39,404 nt of DNA from Octopus bimaculoides (GCF_001194135.2 NC_068985.1:14829562-14868965), one strand, 5' to 3'; shown: positions 1-11,861, counted from the stretch's first letter. Translations and numbers: made by a program. The notes: generated by a model from the sequence alone, not told the origin.

Positions 1-395
1 TTACAAACAAAGCAACAAAAACGACGAAGACCCGTCTTCGTCAACAACAAACAGATGTATTAGCTTAACGCTCGGGAAGTGAGAAAGTCTTTTACGTTTC
101 GAGCCTACGCTCTTCCACAGAAAAGAACACAGAAATAAACAGGGAGAGAAAATAGAAAAAGGTTTAGTGGCTAGCGATCTATCATGGCGAATGCCGGCCA
201 GAGGGGTCACACAGGACAGCGAGGAAGAAGGGGAGATAAAAAGTAGTGGTGATCCCAAACGAAGGTGCGCCTGTGTATGTGAGAGCGCGTATGTGCGTGT
301 GGAAGGGGGATGGTGACATTGACGTGTGCGTGTGTGCATGTGTAGGTATGTGGATGATGTGTAGGTGCTGGGAAGTGGTCAGTGCTAGTGTGTGC
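1..395 (-). mobile_element. Penelope-like element terminal fragment with degenerate hammerhead motif
   Basis: Minus strand 120->87 reads CTGTGGA-A-GAGC-GTAG-GCTC-GAAACG, the layout of PLE minimal hammerheads. No ORF is visible. Confidence 0.45.
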
Positions 396-495
396 NNNNN
401 NNNNNNNNNNNNNNNNNNNNNNNNNNNNNNNNNNNNNNNNNNNNNNNNNNNNNNNNNNNNNNNNNNNNNNNNNNNNNNNNNNNNNNNNNNNNNNN

Positions 496-1107
496 CAATG
501 GTGGTTCCAGAAATTCCGAGCCGAAAACTACAGCCTAGAAGACGAGCCTCATCCAGGAAGATTTGTAGCGATCGACGAAGACGTCCTGCAAATCCTAGTG
601 GAACAAAATCCCATCGTAAATGTTGAGGAACTAGCAGAGAAGCTTGGATTTGGTCATTCAACTATTCATCGACAGCAGCGCTAGAAGAGAAACGACTATC
701 TTTGGTTTCAAGACGAAAAGTGTTCTTCCATCAGGATAATGCTCGGCCACATACAACGAGGATGACATTCAAAAGGCTGGAACAGTTTGAATGGGAAACG
801 ATATCCCACCCACCGTATTCGCCGGACATTGCCCCATCTGATTATCATTTATTTCGCAGTCTTCAAAATCATTTGGACGGATAAAATATGAATTCTGTAG
901 ACGAAGTTAGAACAGTATCGGAGGAGTATTTTTCGTCACGTACAAGTGAATTTTAAAAGAGGACCCTTACAAGTCTACCAAACGGAAGAGCATTGTAAAA
1001 AATGGAAGAGAGTATATTTTAGATTAAAATAGAACTTTGTTTGTCATAAATTTAAAAATTAGAAGAAGTATAAAAAAAAAACGCATTATTTATGGAATGA
1101 CCTAATA
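496..1107 (+). mobile_element. Mariner element, internally deleted (DD34D family)
   Basis: WFQKFRAENYSLEDEPHPGR..HSTIHR is fused at ~675 to AALEEKR..VFFHQDNARPH..PPYSPDIAPSDYHLFRSLQNHL. Right TIR-like end cattatttatggaatgacctaa+TA at 1084-1107. The left end is in the gap. Confidence 0.92.
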
Positions 1108-1319
1108 CAATGGCCGACAGTCTTTACTTCATTTCTCTACGTTCATCTGCTGTGTGTACTACACTCCTGATACTTCCAGCCGCCTACAACATTTTCTCTA
1201 TCTCACCTAGATTAAAAGCATCAATCACACCTCACATCCCTCTGAATTCTTCGCCTCAAAGGATTCCAATGCATACACACGCACATTCTTTTTGCTCTTA
1301 TACGCTTCTCATACCAATG

Positions 1320-1540
1320 TTGGTTTCAAATTTTGGCACAAGGCCAGAAATTCTGGGTGAGGTGCTAAGTCAATTACATCGACCTCAGTTATCAACTAGT
1401 ACTTATTTCATTTTATCGAACCCCGAAAGGATGAATGCAAAGTCGACTTCGGCGAAATTTGAACTCAGAACGTAAAGACTGACGAAATACTGTAATACAT
1501 TTTGCCCGGCGTGCTAACCGTTCTACCAGCTCGTCGCCTT
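1320..1540 (-). mobile_element. tRNA-derived SINE family A
   Basis: Head aaggcgacgagctggtagaa, B-box-like gttctgagttcaaat, central tttcatcctttcggggt-cgataa. Many copies in the window. Confidence 0.88.
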
Positions 1541-1646
1541 CTTTTCTTACCAATATTGCTGACAGAGGGAGATGTATGTCGAACATGTACTCTATAATCG
1601 ATATACTGACCCTAACAACAACAAAGCAACAATTCTTGATTTTTAT

Positions 1647-1822
1647 AGGCGCAGGTGTGACTGTCATAAACGCAGGCGTGGCTGTGTAGTAAGAATTTTG
1701 CTTCCCAACCATATTGTTCTGGGTTCAGTCCCACTGCATGGCACCTTGGCTAAGTGTCTTCTATTATATATATAGCCTCGGGCCCACTAAGACCTTATCA
1801 GTAGATTTGGTAGAATATCTTC
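1647..1822 (+). mobile_element. tRNA-derived CORE-type SINE family B, head (partly duplicated)
   Basis: gcaggcgtggctgtgtagtaag..gggttcagtcccactgcatggcaccttggctaagtgtctt; CORE-like accttgggcaagt. Confidence 0.8.
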
Positions 1823-3139
1823 CAGACCTCTCTCTACATTCCGAGTTCGAATCCCACCTACCTGGAGAAGGCAACGAGAAATCACTCCAGTTTTCATCCT
1901 ATGTCTAGTCACGGAGGCCGAGATTCCAGTAATCTATTTAATGGATATACATGTGTAAGAATATTGCTCAAGAACACAGCACACTGTCAATCAGGGAATT
2001 GAAACCACCATCTTGCGATCTTGAGTGCAACTTTTAATTCTTGTATATATTACCTAATTACTTGATCGATCAGACTATCAGCTGTTGTTATACATCGCTG
2101 GTCACAATACGCTTTGCATCGCTTTTTGCTTTTGAATAATGTCACCTCGCTGGCTAGGCGTTTGGTGTGTTTACGTCTCCGTAACTTAGCGGTTCGGCAA
2201 GACAGACCTATAGAATAAGTACTAGGCTTAAGAGCTGGTACTAATTATAGCAGTCTCTTTTACCGAACCGCTAAGCTGCGGGGGCGTAAACATACCAACG
2301 CCGTTTGTGAAGCGGTTGTGGGAAAACAAACGCACGCACAAAAGTGAATCTAAACACATTGTGTTTGGTAATAAGACAGTTATTACAGAACCATTCATGA
2401 AAGTTAAACTAAAACAGATTTCCAAAATTTCTAAGCATGTCCAGGAAAATCACTATATGCCTGAAAAGTATGTTGAAATGGTCCATTTTCGACCAGACAT
2501 TTTCTTCTCCAACAGCGTTGTCTTCAACCACTTATGTCGCATCCAATTTTGTCAGGCACGTAACACCAGGTAAACGAGAATTGTGACAGCAATCCTTGAT
2601 GTCCAGCAAACTCATTAACATTTCAAGATCTATGTCAATAAACACCACGAGGCTTATCATGCTGAGAAATTCAGAGGAATTAGCAGTGAATTTTTTCAGG
2701 TGAAGAATTTTTTTTTTTTTTTTTTTGTGATGTCACGTACGTTACATCTTTTTGGATCGTCTTAAAAAAATGTAATATACACTCCAGGTAAAAAAAGAAA
2801 AACAAGACGTTTGACATTTACCTGGGTAGTCAAACTTCACTGTGAAAAATAAATCAATACAATTCTAGAATATGTTCATCGCATACGTCACGCGACAATG
2901 GTTCTGCAGCGTTCGTCTATGTTAAAAGCTTTCACATCATTGCAGTTTAGCCAGAGTTGTCTAATTTTGTCTACATCATTTCCGTTTTCCATCTTCTTTG
3001 ACCAATACCGCATGGACATTAATATATTATAGAGTTTATGAAGGTAATTGTTGGAAGAGTCGGTTGTTTTGCTTTTTCGTACATTACCTCTTTTTATAGT
3101 CTAAGTTAAAATTCCACTGAAGCGATAAAATAAACACCT

Positions 3140-3560
3140 GCCGTATGTCGAATCGGTGCTGTTATATGGCAGTGAAGCATGGACACTGACAAAGAAATTA
3201 TCAAACGGGCTAAATGGATTCCACACGAGGACTTAGCGAATTACCCTAAATGTGAAATGGCAGCAAGATATGACAATGAATGCCTTTATGGAAACCTGCC
3301 GAAAATTAGCGAGATCAGGCAAAAGTGGCTGCTACTACCTGGTCATTGTGTATGCCACCCTGAGCTGGAGGCATCCAAATTAGTCTTTTGGAACTCGTTG
3401 CATGGTAATGTAAAAAGAGGAAAACATTGTCACACAACGACAACCTGATTGCAGACACTGCCTGGAATGTATACAGGACCTCGAGGTAATGATGAGGGAC
3501 TGAGAATGTGTCGGGTAGACTTTGTTGTTGAGGCCCAGGCTGGAACCCGGGTATAATAAT
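3140..3560 (+). mobile_element. RTE-clade LINE 3' fragment
   Basis: Frameshifted VESVLLYGSEAWTLTK..YGNLPKISEIRQ..GHCVCHPELEASKLVFW..DNLIADT..EVMMRD..AGTRV*, ending in a taa-rich tail. Confidence 0.88.
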
Positions 3561-3577
3561 GAATAATACTTTCTATT

Positions 3578-3996
3578 ATAAGTACAAGGCCTGAAGTTTG
3601 GAGGAAGGGATAAGGTCGATTACATCGACCTCAGTGTATGACTGGTACTCATTTAATCGACCTCGAAAGGATGAAAGTGAAGTCGATCTCGGCGGAATTT
3701 GAACTCAGAACGTAACAGCAGACGAAATATCGCTAAACATTTCGCCCGGCGTGGTAACGTTTCTTATTTCTTTATTGCCCACAAGGGACTAAACATAGAA
3801 GGGACAAACAAGGACAGACAAAGGGATTAAGTCGGTTATATCGACCCCAGTGCATAACTGGTACTTAATTTATCGACCCCGAAAGCATGAAAGGCAAAGT
3901 CGACCTCGGCGGAACTTGAACTCAGAACGTAACGGCAGACGAAACACCGCTAAGCATTTTGCCCGGCGTGCTAACGTTTCTGCCCGCTTACCGCTT
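3578..3996 (-). mobile_element. Two adjacent SINE family A copies with different tails
   Basis: 3578-3764 lacks its extreme head; 3765-3996 is full length. Confidence 0.88.
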
Positions 3997-4052
3997 TACC
4001 CATAATGATAAATAATAATTATCATCTTTCTCTGCGTGGTGTTCGTAATATA

Positions 4053-4772
4053 CAGGGTGGTCCGAAAGTCTTGTTACCCCCTACCAAAAAGTAATGAGAA
4101 CAACAGAAGAACAAGTAAAGCAGTAATTCAAAGAACGAACTGGATTTAGTTTATTCATTTTCATTGACGCTGTCACACATCGAGAAGGTCTGTATGAACA
4201 CCATCATTTTCGTGCTACAGAATGATGCGGCGCCATGTCCTGTGTGATATTTTTCGAAGCTGTGCTTTCGTGATTGTTGCAAAGGCTCTCAGTACGCCGT
4301 CCTTCGACTGATGGGTATTCTGGTACCGTTCATGTGAAACCCTCTCCATTATAATATCCCACAGAGAGTTATCGCAAGAGCTGAGGTCTGGACTTCTGGG
4401 AGGCCAATCGACAGGTGCTGGAAGTCGTTGCGATCCTCACCCTATCCATCTATCCCTAAAAACTTCATTTAGGTATTTCCGGACAGTGATAGCATAGTGG
4501 GGGGGGGGGTGAGGCACCATCTTGTTGAAACCAACAATCATTCAGGTTAACATTCAACCCCTGGAGCTGTGGAACAAATCGCTCCCTTAACATGGCCAAG
4601 TAATATAGCTGGTTAACAGTACCCTCGAAGAAATAGGGTCCTATCAGGTGCTTACTCGATATGGCAGCCCAAATCGTTACATGTAGGGGGTTGTGCTAAA
4701 ACAAAAAAATATTGATAATCATGACAATAATAAACAATATGTAGGGGGTAACAAGACTTTCGGACCACCCTG
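4053..4772 (-). mobile_element. Tc1/mariner rosa (DD41D/VS)-like deletion derivative
   Basis: Perfect 32-bp TIRs CAGGGTGGTCCGAAAGTCTTGTTACCCCCTAC (4053-4084 / 4741-4772) with TA on both sides. Minus strand reads IWAAISSKHLIGPYFFEGTV..WFQQDGA..HY..RWIG..WPPRSPDLSSCD. Confidence 0.95.
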
Positions 4773-4984
4773 TATATTAGAAGACGTTCAGTTATAAAAT
4801 TTAATGCTTGCATTCGCAGGAATCAGAGTGGTTTTACACAGAAACATATTATTTCAATAAAAATGAATAACAAAATTAATGTGCCCTGAAGAGAAGAGTT
4901 TTTTTTTTCTTTTTATGATTTAATCAGTTATTTTCCGAACTTGGGTCTATTTCAAATATAAAAAAAATATAAAAAACACACCGG

Positions 4985-5428
4985 TATTATTAGTTGATTA
5001 GTCGTTAGCACGCTGGGCGAAATGCTTAGCAGTATTTCGCCTGTCGTTACGTTCTGAGTTCAAATTCCGCCGAGGTCGACTTTGCCTTTCATTCTTTCAG
5101 GGTCGATAAATTAAGTACCAGTGAAACACTGAGGTTGATGTAACCAACTAGTCCCCTCCTCGCGAATCTGAGGCCTTGTACATCCAGTAGAAAGGGTATT
5201 ATTAGTTGATTACAAAATGTAGAGTTGGCAGAATCATTATCGCGCTGGACAAAATGCTTAACGGCATTTCTTCCGGCCTTATTTTCTGAGTTCAAATGCC
5301 ACCGAGGTCCACTTTGCCTTTCATCCTTTTTAAGTCGATAACATAAGTACCAATTGAGCACTGAGGTTGTTGTAATTGATTTTTCCCTCCCTCAAAATCC
5401 TGACCTTGTGTCAAAATTTGAAACTAAT
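4985..5428 (+). mobile_element. Two tandem SINE family A copies
   Basis: Copies at ~4985-5200 and ~5221-5428. Confidence 0.85.
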
Positions 5429-5699
5429 ATTTTACAGAAAACGACTTTAAGCATGTTTATACCTTATTCTGACTTCATCATGACGAAATGTAGTCTTTAT
5501 AGTATATTTTCTCTTGTGGTTACAAAAGAAATACTGAGTTAATGTACAGGCTAATCAGTATAAGAAACTAAAATTATTACGAAATTATTTAATTCAGAGA
5601 CGCCATCAGCACAAAAAACATTAATAAAGTTAGTGTGAGCATTTTTAAAACAATGAAGTGATGCATTGTCAAAGTTCTTCGAGCGTCTGACGACCAGAA

Positions 5700-6350
5700 A
5701 AAAAACGAGAAAAAAACCAACTATTTCTCGGTTACTCGGTTTCTTTTTAGTAGGACCAACACCCCGCCCCCGCCCGACTTGCAGAAACGTATTTCTCGGA
5801 GCCGTTCATGAAGGGGAGCAGATATCTTGGCCCCTTCACCCGGGTTTTCGTTGCAACAATTACATCCAAATTTCTTGACCTGATGTCATTTAGGAAGCTT
5901 CCAACTCGACATCAGGTCACGGACATTTATACAACCAATGTGAATAGACGTGACTTACCTTTTAGATCGGAGCGTGATGTGGAGAGGGACTCTACAACTT
6001 TTCTTGACTTAGGGTCGGAGGTGGCAAGCCTTCAAATATAGATTGATGAAAATCAAATCTCATTGATGAGACCGATTTTCTATACGTGTTACGCAAGATA
6101 TTATATGTTTTTTGTCCACTTCGTAAAATTCCTAATTTTTATATTTTTCTGATAGTTCAATTAGCCCCTCTATGTTTTGAATGGTCTTTGCTTCTATATT
6201 TCTTTTGGTACCCGTAACTTTTGGCAATGCAGGGAATTCACTTTCCAAAACATCAGAAATGTTATCCAAAATTAAACTTTCAATCTTCCTCGCTTCCTGC
6301 TCGGTCGATGAATCTTCACCCGACGAAGACACACTTTTCGGCATCTTACC
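5700..6350 (-). mobile_element. Degenerate LINE ORF1-end / ORF2 APE endonuclease start (L1/Tx1-like)
   Basis: Minus strand IGCINVR(D)L..LNDIRSRNLDVIVAT(K)TR..GVLVLLKR across frameshifts (APE N-terminus). Upstream lies a stop-interrupted ORF1-like stretch (6132-6344). Confidence 0.65.
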
Positions 6351-6384
6351 GGTAATTAATGTTTTCCCCCACAGACCCCCCCCC

Positions 6385-6821
6385 TGTCTGTCTGTCTATC
6401 TATTTGTCTGTCTGTCTATCTATTTGTCTGTCTGTCTGTTCCGACTCTTTGTGTCCAGATTTCAAATCCCGTCAAGGTCAGCTTTGCTTTTCCTCCAATC
6501 CGATTGATACAAGAAAAGTTCCAATAGAAGGTGATACATTGTAGAAACTGTAAGAACATTGGACCGGATGCTTTGCGCTAATTGCTCCAATTCTTTGTCT
6601 TCTGAGTTACAATCCTGGCATGGTCAACTTAGATGGTAGACTTGACCCAGCGACCGGTTTAATGCCATCACTTGGAGACCTTTGGTGTCTTTTAGTGGAT
6701 TCCACTGTGTTGCAAGTATTCGGACTAGATTTCTGGTTTGAGAACACCGTCCTTCCCCCTCATTGCACTCAAAAGCCCTGAAACAGGCGCCAGCAGTGTC
6801 TTCACTCTGCCTAAAATCTAT

Positions 6822-6871
<50 letters not shown>

Positions 6872-6964
6872 GTCTGTCTGTCTGTCTGTCTGCCTGCCTG
6901 TCTGTCTGTCTGTCTGTCTATTTGTCTGTCTGTCTATCTGTCTGTATGTCTGTCTATCTACTTG

Positions 6965-6996
<32 letters not shown>
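6385..6996. repeat. (TCTA)n/(TCTG)n compound microsatellites
   Basis: Blocks at ~6385-6438 and ~6818-6996. Confidence 0.95.
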
Positions 6997-7928
6997 ATAC
7001 AGTTCTATATTTAAGAGATGAGGAATTATGTACATTATTTACATTTGACGGATATTTGTCCTCATCTTGTTTNNNNNNNNNNNNNNNNNNNNNNNNNNNN
7101 NNNNNNNNNNNNNNNNNNNNNNNNNNNNNNNNNNNNNNNNNNNNNNNNNNNNNNNNNNNNNNNNNNNNNNNNNNNNNNNNNNNNNNNNNNNNNNNNNNNN
7201 NNNNNNNNNNNNNNNNNNNNNNNNNNNNNNNNNNNNNNNNNNNNNNNNNNNNNNNNNNNNNNNNNNNNNNNNNNNNNNNNNNNNNNNNNNNNNNNNNNNN
7301 NNNNNNNNNNNNNNNNNNNNNNNNNNNNNNNNNNNNNNNNNNNNNNNNNNNNNNNNNNNNNNNNNNNNNNNNNNNNNNNNNNNNNNNNNNNNNNNNNNNN
7401 NNNNNNNNNNNNNNNNNNNNNNNNNNNNNNNNNNNNNNNNNNNNNNNNNNNNNNNNNNNNNNNNNNNNNNNNNNNNNNNNNNNNNNNNNNNNNNNNNNNN
7501 NNNNNNNNNNNNNNNNNNNNNNNNNNNNNNNNNNNNNNNNNNNNNNNNNNNNNNNNNNNNNNNNNNNNNNNNNNNNNNNNNNNNNNNNNNNNNNNNNNNN
7601 NNNNNNNNNNNNNNNNNNNNNNNNNNNNNNNNNNNNNNNNNNNNNNNNATGTAAATAATGTAAACAATGTACTTTTGATTATAGTTCTGTCTATGTATAT
7701 ATGTATGCATGCGTGCAAGCATGTCTGTATACGCTATTATTCTTTTTTTTTCTGTATTAACAAGGCATCCAATGGTTTCATGTGGAAGAGATCTCTACAA
7801 TTGTTCAAATTCTGTTATCATTCAAAACTGGAGACGAGTACCAACATCTCCAAGCTCGCTTGAATAATTTTTGAGATCTCTTCGATATGAAACCATTGGT
7901 TACCTTGTTAATCCACAAGTAAAGAACA

Positions 7929-7967
<39 letters not shown>

Positions 7968-8064
7968 TGACCTATTTTTTTCTTTTAAGCTATTGACTTT
8001 TAGAACAGTTCTGCTTAATGACTTGATAACTTTTTGACACTTTACTTATTCCTTATTCCCACAG

Positions 8065-8256
8065 AAAAAACGTCAACAATGGACTTGAAGTCGGCGGTGC
8101 CATTGCTGTATACTATGAAGGAGAATTGGTGGTGGATATGTGGGGAGGTTATATTGATAGAGAGGTTCTAATTCCTTGGAAGAACGATACCTTAGGCCTC
8201 GTATATTCATGTTCCAAAGGGATCGGCGTTATACTGTTGGGTATCTTTGCCGAGAA
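8065..8256 (+). CDS. Exon A (catalytic SxxK exon)
   Basis: ttcccacag| ... |gtaagt. Reads KNVNNGLEVGGAIAVYYEGELVVDMWGGYIDREVLIPWKNDTLGLVYSCSKGIGVILLGIFAE; SCSK is at 8207-8218. Confidence 0.95.
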
Positions 8257-9083
8257 GTAAGTATATTTTACAGCTTATATCCTGATACTATTAGCGGCAA
8301 GCTGGCAGAATCGTTAGCACGCCGGGCACTATGCTTAGCGGCGTTTCGTCTGTATTTACGTTCTGGGTTTAAATTCCGCCCTGATCGATTTTACCTTTCA
8401 TCCTTCCAGAGTCGATAAAATAAAGTACCAGTCAAGCACTGGGGTCGACGTAACCGACCTACCCACCTACTCGAAATTGCTAGCCAAATTTGAAACTATA
8501 TCTTAAAACTCTTAAAGAAATGCAGTGATCTCTCTCTCCCTCTCTTTCTNNNNNNNNNNNNNNNNNNNNNNNNNNNNNNNNNNNNNNNNNNNNNNNNNNN
8601 NNNNNNNNNNNNNNNNNNNNNNNNNNNNNNNNNNNNNNNNNNNNNNNNNNNNNNNNNNNNNNNNNNNNNNNNNNNNNNNNNNNNNNNNNNNNNNNNNNNN
8701 NNNNNNNNNNNNNNNNNNNNNNNNNNNNNNNNNNNNNNNNNNNNNNNNNNNNNNNNNNNNNNNNNNNNNNNNNNNNNNNNNNNNNNNNNNNNNNNNNNNN
8801 NNNNNNNNNNNNNNNNNNNNNNNNNNNNNNNNNNNNNNNNNNNNNNNNNNNNNNNNNNNNNNNNNNNNNNNNNNNNNNNNNNNNNNNNNNNNNNNNNNNN
8901 NNNNNNNNNNNNNNNNNNNNNNNNNNNNNNNNNNNNNNNNNNNNNNNNNNGTGTGTGTGTGTGTGTGAGAGTGAGTGAGTGTGCCTTCATTTGCACACAA
9001 AGATAGTGAGTCAATAAGTTATTTACGGCTATGTCAATGTCGCTATATTTGGATCATCAAATTTTAATGATAATAATTATAAC

Positions 9084-9118
<35 letters not shown>

Positions 9119-9981
9119 CAACAACTCAAGAAATAAATAGTAGGAAGATATTGAAATGTCACGCTATGTATATTTAATTAACCCTGATATTTTTGTAAGT
9201 GCTTTGGTCAGTCGTAAAATGACCAACAATGAATATGGCGAGTAATCTAGCAAGGCGTAAAGAGACAGTTAAGTAACCTTTACATATTTCATAAGTGAAC
9301 GGTTTAAAAACGTAAGTTTACGTCGGTCTTTGTTACTTAACTTCCTCTTTTCGCATTGTTAGAAGCTCTTCCTTTTCATCATTTGTTATTTTGCTTCTGT
9401 ATTACAGTGCTTCGTGGAGGCGCAATGGCCCAGTGGTTAGGGCAACGGACTCGTAGTCACAGAATTGGAGTTTCGATTCCCTGATCGGGGTTGTGAGTGT
9501 TTATTGAGCGAAAACACCTAAAGCTCCACGAAGCTCCGACAGGGGATGGTGACGAACCCTGCTGTACTCTTTCACCACAACTTTCTCTCAATCTTACTTC
9601 CTGTTTCTGTTGTATCTGTATTTCAAAGGGCCAACCTTGTCACACTCTGTGTCACGCTGAATGTCCCCGAGAACTACGTTAGGGTACACGTGTCTGTGGA
9701 GTGCTCAGCCACTTGCACGTTAATTTCACGAGCAGGCTGTTCCGTTGATTGGATCAACTGGAACCCTCGACGTCTCAACCGACGGAGTGCCACATTACAG
9801 TGCTTTAAACAAATCACAGCGCTCTTCGGTAAATTTTCAGATTAACACCCGCACGATTTTCACTACGGTGTTAGGGTTAGGGCTTTAGGGTCAGGGTTAG
9901 GGTTTTAGGGTTAGGGTTAAGTTTAAGGTTTAGGGTTACGGTTACGGTTACGGTTAGGGTTTTAGGGTTAGGGAATTCCGT

Positions 9982-10013
<32 letters not shown>

Positions 10014-10638
10014 ACCCTAGAGAAAATCGTGCGGGTGTTAATCTGAAAATTTACCCGCTCTTCTTTTGAACAGTATTATGAGAAAAAGCCAGATATATGT
10101 CTGTTAGGTTGACTGGATGGTTCCCCTCCTCTCTCTCTTTCTCTGTATGTATGTATGTATGTATGTATGTATGTACGTATGTATGTGAAATTTAAGACAG
10201 GTATTGTGACATACAGTAGCTAAAGAGACTAGCTGTAATAGCTATTGCTGTTAATTCAACCGAAACCGGTTTTTGATATTCCGCCGCGATCAGCCTTACC
10301 TGTCATGCTTTTGGCATCGATGAAATAAGAACTGTTTAAACAGTTGAGTCGTTATCATCGACTAGTTCTCTCCACTAAAATTTCAGGCTTTCTATCTTAT
10401 TACTATTGTTATTATTATTATCATTAAGGCGGTGACCCGGCAGAATCGTTAGCACGCCGGGCGAAATGCTTAGAGGTATTTTACCCGTCGCTACGTTCTG
10501 AGTTAAAATGCCGCTAAGGTCGACTTTACTTTTCATTCTATCGGGGTCAATAAATTAAGTATCATTTGAGTATTGCGCTCGATGTACCCTCCTCCCAGAA
10601 TTTCAGGCTCTGTGCCTATAGTAGAAACGACTATTATC

Positions 10639-10676
<38 letters not shown>

Positions 10677-11861
10677 TATTAAGAGGGCAGTGAGCTGGAG
10701 GAATTGTTAACACGCTGGGCGAAATGTTTAGCGGTATTTCGCCCATCGCTACGTTCTGAGTTCAAATGCCGCCGAGGTCGACTTTATCTTTCATCCTTTC
10801 GGGGTCGTTAAATTAAGTACCAGTTGAGTACTGGAGTCGATCTAATCGACTTATCTCCTCCCCACAAATAGCTGCTCTTGTGACAACATTTGAAACCATT
10901 ATTATTAAGGCGGCGAGCTGGCAGAATCGTTAGCACTACGGGCGAAATCCTTAGCGATGTTTTGTCTGTCCTTACATTCTGGGTTCAAATTCCGCCGAGA
11001 TCGACTTTGCCTTTCATCTTTTCGGGGTCGATAAATTAAGTACCAGTGAAGTACTCTCCCAAATTTCAGGCCTTGTGCATATAGAAGAAAGGATTATTAT
11101 TATTATATACTCTTTACTCTTTTACTTGTTTCAGTCATTTGACTGCGGCCATGCTGGAGCACCGCCATTTAGTCAAGCAAATCGACCCCAGGACTTATTC
11201 TTTGTAAGCCTAGTACTTATTCTATCGGTCTCTTTTGCCGAACCGCTAAATTACGCGGACGTAAACACACCTGCATCGGTTGTCAAGCGATGTTGGGGGG
11301 GGGGACAAGCACAGAGACACAAGCACACACACACATATATATATATATACATATATACGACGAGCTTCTTTCAGTTTCCGTCCACCAAATCCACTCACAA
11401 GGCTTTAATNNNNNNNNNNNNNNNNNNNNNNNNNNNNNNNNNNNNNNNNNNNNNNNNNNNNNNNNNNNNNNNNNNNNNNNNNNNNNNNNNNNNNNNNNNN
11501 NNNNNNNNNNNNNNNNNNNNNNNNNNNNNNNNNNNNNNNNNNNNNNNNNNNNNNNNNNNNNNNNNNNNNNNNNNNNNNNNNNNNNNNNNNNNNNNNNNNN
11601 NNNNNNNNNNNNNNNNNNNNNNNNNNNNNNNNNNNNNNNNNNNNNNNNNNNNNNNNNNNNNNNNNNNNNNNNNNNNNNNNNNNNNNNNNNNNNNNNNNNN
11701 NNNNNNNNNNNNNNNNNNNNNNNNNNNNNNNNNNNNNNGTGTTTTCTCGTCTACGTTTTGTTTGCAATGTCCTGTACCCAGATATGCACCTATACATACA
11801 GGTGGATGTCGGTACGCACATACCTGTACGTATATATGCATATACTCATTTACTATTTGTT

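Noticed and set aside
6181-6507. Signal-peptide-like ORF as first exon of the hydrolase
   Set aside because: It is the antisense reading of a LINE ORF1 remnant and runs into a microsatellite; it has no family similarity.
9413-9490. tRNA gene (also at 18601 and 31608)
   Set aside because: The tRNA-like heads continue into multi-copy SINE bodies and have no proper acceptor stem.
9850-10012. Ancestral telomere-telomere chromosome fusion site
   Set aside because: The repeats are enclosed by unique TIRs and an exact 8-bp TSD, which indicates transposition.
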